NCBI GenBank assembly: GCA_944373145.1
Contig: CALWAL010000002.1
Span: forward strand, 86,282 to 150,281
Source: an uncultured Bacilli bacterium
GTDB taxonomy: Bacteria > Bacillota_I > Bacilli_A > RF39 > UBA660
Direction of reading: 5' to 3'
Length of the DNA: 64,000 bases
Position 1 is the stretch's first letter. Every line of letters starts with the position of its first letter. Position numbers and translations under genes: made by a program. The notes beneath the pieces are model-generated. The model saw nothing but the letters and a program-made list of their open reading frames with translations. It was not told the DNA's origin and ran no database searches. Positions 62,246 through 64,000 of the stretch are shown one piece after another.

Positions 62246-63541
62246 ATGAAGTATTGGGCAGCGTTTGCAATTATTAATTTATGTTCAGTTATTAGCATGT
62301 ATTTTATTAGTAACGTTAAAATTAATTTAAAAGATAAAAAAATGTATTGCAGCTATTTATTAAGCACCATATTTTTAATAATAAATTTTGAAATATCATT
62401 AAATGTATTTAAAATAATTATTAATTGTTTATTGTATGTTGTTTTAGCTCGTTATTTAATTAATAAAGATTTAAAAAATTCGTGCATTTTAGGTATAATT
62501 GTAATATTTATTAATATTTTTTCGGAGCTAATTTTTACTTTATTTGCATTGTCTTTTTTGAAACCAGTACTATTTGTAGATAGCGCTCCTTATATTGTAT
62601 TAATTCAAAATACAATTATAGGAATAATTACGGTGTTACTTAGTTTAATGTTTAAAAAATGTAATTTTTATGAAATTGTATTAAAAAAATTTAATAAAAT
62701 AGGTGTTAAACAAATCATAATTTTTTCCTTATTTATGGTGGTTCTATTCAACTTTTTTTTATTTCTTACATGCTTTATTTCTGAGGGTTTATTTAATAAC
62801 CCGATTTTATTAGGCGTAGGGTCTTCTATAAGTCTGTTTAGTGTTGCTTTGGTATATTCTTATTTAACGACTAATAACAAATATGTTGAGGTAATGGAAA
62901 AATATAGTGTTTCTTTAGATAGTATAAAATTATATGAGGATATAATTGAAAATAACCGAGTTAATAATCATGAAGTACGTAATCAATTTTTGATGTTACG
63001 GGGTATGAGTAAAAATAAAAAATTAAATACCTATATAGATTCAATTTTAGACAAAAATATTAGTACTAATGAAGATTTACTAAATAAAGTTATAAAAATA
63101 CCTAGTGGTGGGTTAAGAGGATTAATATATACTAAATTAATTCAAATGCAGGATAATAATATAAATTATGAAATTTATGTTGATAAAAGAGTCAACTCGC
63201 GTAAATTTAGTAAAATAGATTCCAATACTATGATTGATATTTGTAAAATTATTGGGGTTTTTATTGATAATGCTATTGAATGTGTATCTAATTTAAAGAA
63301 AAAAAATATCACTATAGAAATTTATGTTGAAAGAAACGATGTTGTCGTTTGTATTACTAATAACTTTGAAGGAAAAATCAATTTAGATAAATTTGGAACA
63401 GTTAATTATACAACAAAGGGTAATGGCCGTGGATATGGTCTAAGATTAGTTAAAGAAATTTTAAGTCAAAATAACAGGTTAAAAAATTCACGTGAGTTGT
63501 ATGAAGATAATTTTACACAAAATTTAAAAATAAAAATGTAG
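62246..63541 (+). CDS. agrC: AgrC-like (HPK10-type) sensor histidine kinase
   Basis: ~200-aa N-terminal polytopic (6-TM) sensor domain; H-box RVNNHEVRNQ; N-box GVFIDNAIE; G-box GNGRGYGL; ORF starts right after the agrA stop. Confidence 0.8.
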   Translation: MKYWAAFAIINLCSVISMYFISNVKINLKDKKMYCSYLLSTIFLIINFEISLNVFKIIINCLLYVVLARYLINKDLKNSCILGIIVIFINIFSELIFTLFALSFLKPVLFVDSAPYIVLIQNTIIGIITVLLSLMFKKCNFYEIVLKKFNKIGVKQIIIFSLFMVVLFNFFLFLTCFISEGLFNNPILLGVGSSISLFSVALVYSYLTTNNKYVEVMEKYSVSLDSIKLYEDIIENNRVNNHEVRNQFLMLRGMSKNKKLNTYIDSILDKNISTNEDLLNKVIKIPSGGLRGLIYTKLIQMQDNNINYEIYVDKRVNSRKFSKIDSNTMIDICKIIGVFIDNAIECVSNLKKKNITIEIYVERNDVVVCITNNFEGKINLDKFGTVNYTTKGNGRGYGLRLVKEILSQNNRLKNSRELYEDNFTQNLKIKM

Positions 63542-63560
63542 ATATATTTCTACATTTTTT
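63537..63560. terminator. Bidirectional intrinsic terminator between convergent agrC (+) and agrD (-)
   Basis: Stem tgtaga/tctaca with loop tatatt; A-run upstream (aaaaataaaaa) and T6 downstream. Confidence 0.55.
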
Positions 63561-63589
63561 GATTGATTATATGATTAATTTAAAAGTAA

Positions 63590-63715
63590 TTATTTGATTA
63601 ATGATTGAGGACATTTTGGTTCTTCGAACAACATAAACAAGACGCATCCCATTTCAGTTGTATTAGCTACAAATGAACCAACTTTTGCTAATAAATCAAC
63701 AAAAAGCCCTAACAT
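63590..63715 (-). CDS. agrD: AgrD-like autoinducing-peptide precursor (41 aa; not in the ORF track)
   Basis: Minus-strand ORF MLGLFVDLLAKVGSFVANTTEMGCVLFMLFEEPKCPQSLIK with RBS aaaggag 5 nt upstream. It has an amphipathic N-terminal leader, a single central Cys followed by hydrophobic residues, and a C-terminal EEPK acidic-proline recognition motif, as in staphylococcal and clostridial AgrD. It lies immediately downstream of, and overlaps, agrB. Confidence 0.65.
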   Translation of the reverse strand: MLGLFVDLLAKVGSFVANTTEMGCVLFMLFEEPKCPQSLIK

Positions 63716-64000
63716 AACTTCTCCTTTCTACCATATTTATCTATATATTTTAAATAATTATTATATGGCAAATTAAATAATTTATATGTGAATGGGGATA
63801 TAAGTATATTAATTAAAATTAAACTAAACAATAAGGAATTAGCTACTATTTGACTATCAACGAAAAATGAAGTGATTATATATATTGTAGCCACAATAGT
63901 AGCTAGCACCTTATGTTTTTTCCTAATTTTAGGACTGATTATTGGCCTTTTTTCAGTATCGGCAGGGCTATATCTATAAACATGTAAAATTAGTATAATT
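63709..64000 (-). CDS. agrB: AgrB-like membrane endopeptidase, C-terminal part (5' end beyond the window)
   Basis: Frame open from the window edge: …HVYRYSPADTEKRPIISPKIRKKHKVLATIVATIYIITSFF…KLC*. Aligns with the conserved S. aureus AgrB segment [34 protein letters not shown]. Hydrophobic helices. The ORF-track entry 63709-63909 is an internal GTG of this longer frame. Confidence 0.65.
   Translation of the reverse strand, partial: IILILHVYRYSPADTEKRPIISPKIRKKHKVLATIVATIYIITSFFVDSQIVANSLLFSLILINILISPFTYKLFNLPYNNYLKYIDKYGRKEKLC

Overview
The window is origin-proximal chromosome from a very A+T-rich, low-GC Firmicutes (Bacillota) genome. It is probably an Erysipelotrichia- or Clostridia-like spore former, since spoIIR, whiA and yvcK are present. 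Nearly all genes are on the + strand. Order of named genes: mnmE-mnmG-rsmG, a Noc-like ParB paralog (with a perfect Noc-binding palindrome upstream), uvrB, rdgB, lgt, trxB-like, yvcK, whiA, nrnA-like, rplI, dnaB, an M23 peptidase, walJ-like MBL, rlmH, spoIIR, fba, murA, rpmE, typA, a large unknown acidic protein, soj-spo0J, mscS, ychF, rpsF-ssb-rpsR, gpsA (-), a standalone HNH endonuclease, and the complete S10-spc-alpha ribosomal cluster (rpsJ through rplQ, with secY, adk, map, infA, rpmJ, rpoA; no rpmD). Unknown-function proteins are interspersed throughout. No tRNA, rRNA, CRISPR array or transposon was seen. The most interesting region is the last ~3 kb (60.9-64.0 kb). It is markedly more A+T-rich with different codon usage, and carries a standalone GlmU acetyltransferase-domain gene followed by an agr-type quorum-sensing system. 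That system has an unusual convergent layout: an AgrA-like LytTR regulator and AgrC-like kinase on +, and AgrB (runs off the window) plus an unannotated 41-aa AgrD-like propeptide on -. Also notable: a ~340-nt orphan promoter-to-terminator unit with no ORF after typA; a Noc with a ~270-aa Pro/Val/Ser-rich low-complexity insertion; and a 4-gene cassette of unknown function containing a PPP-family phosphoesterase.
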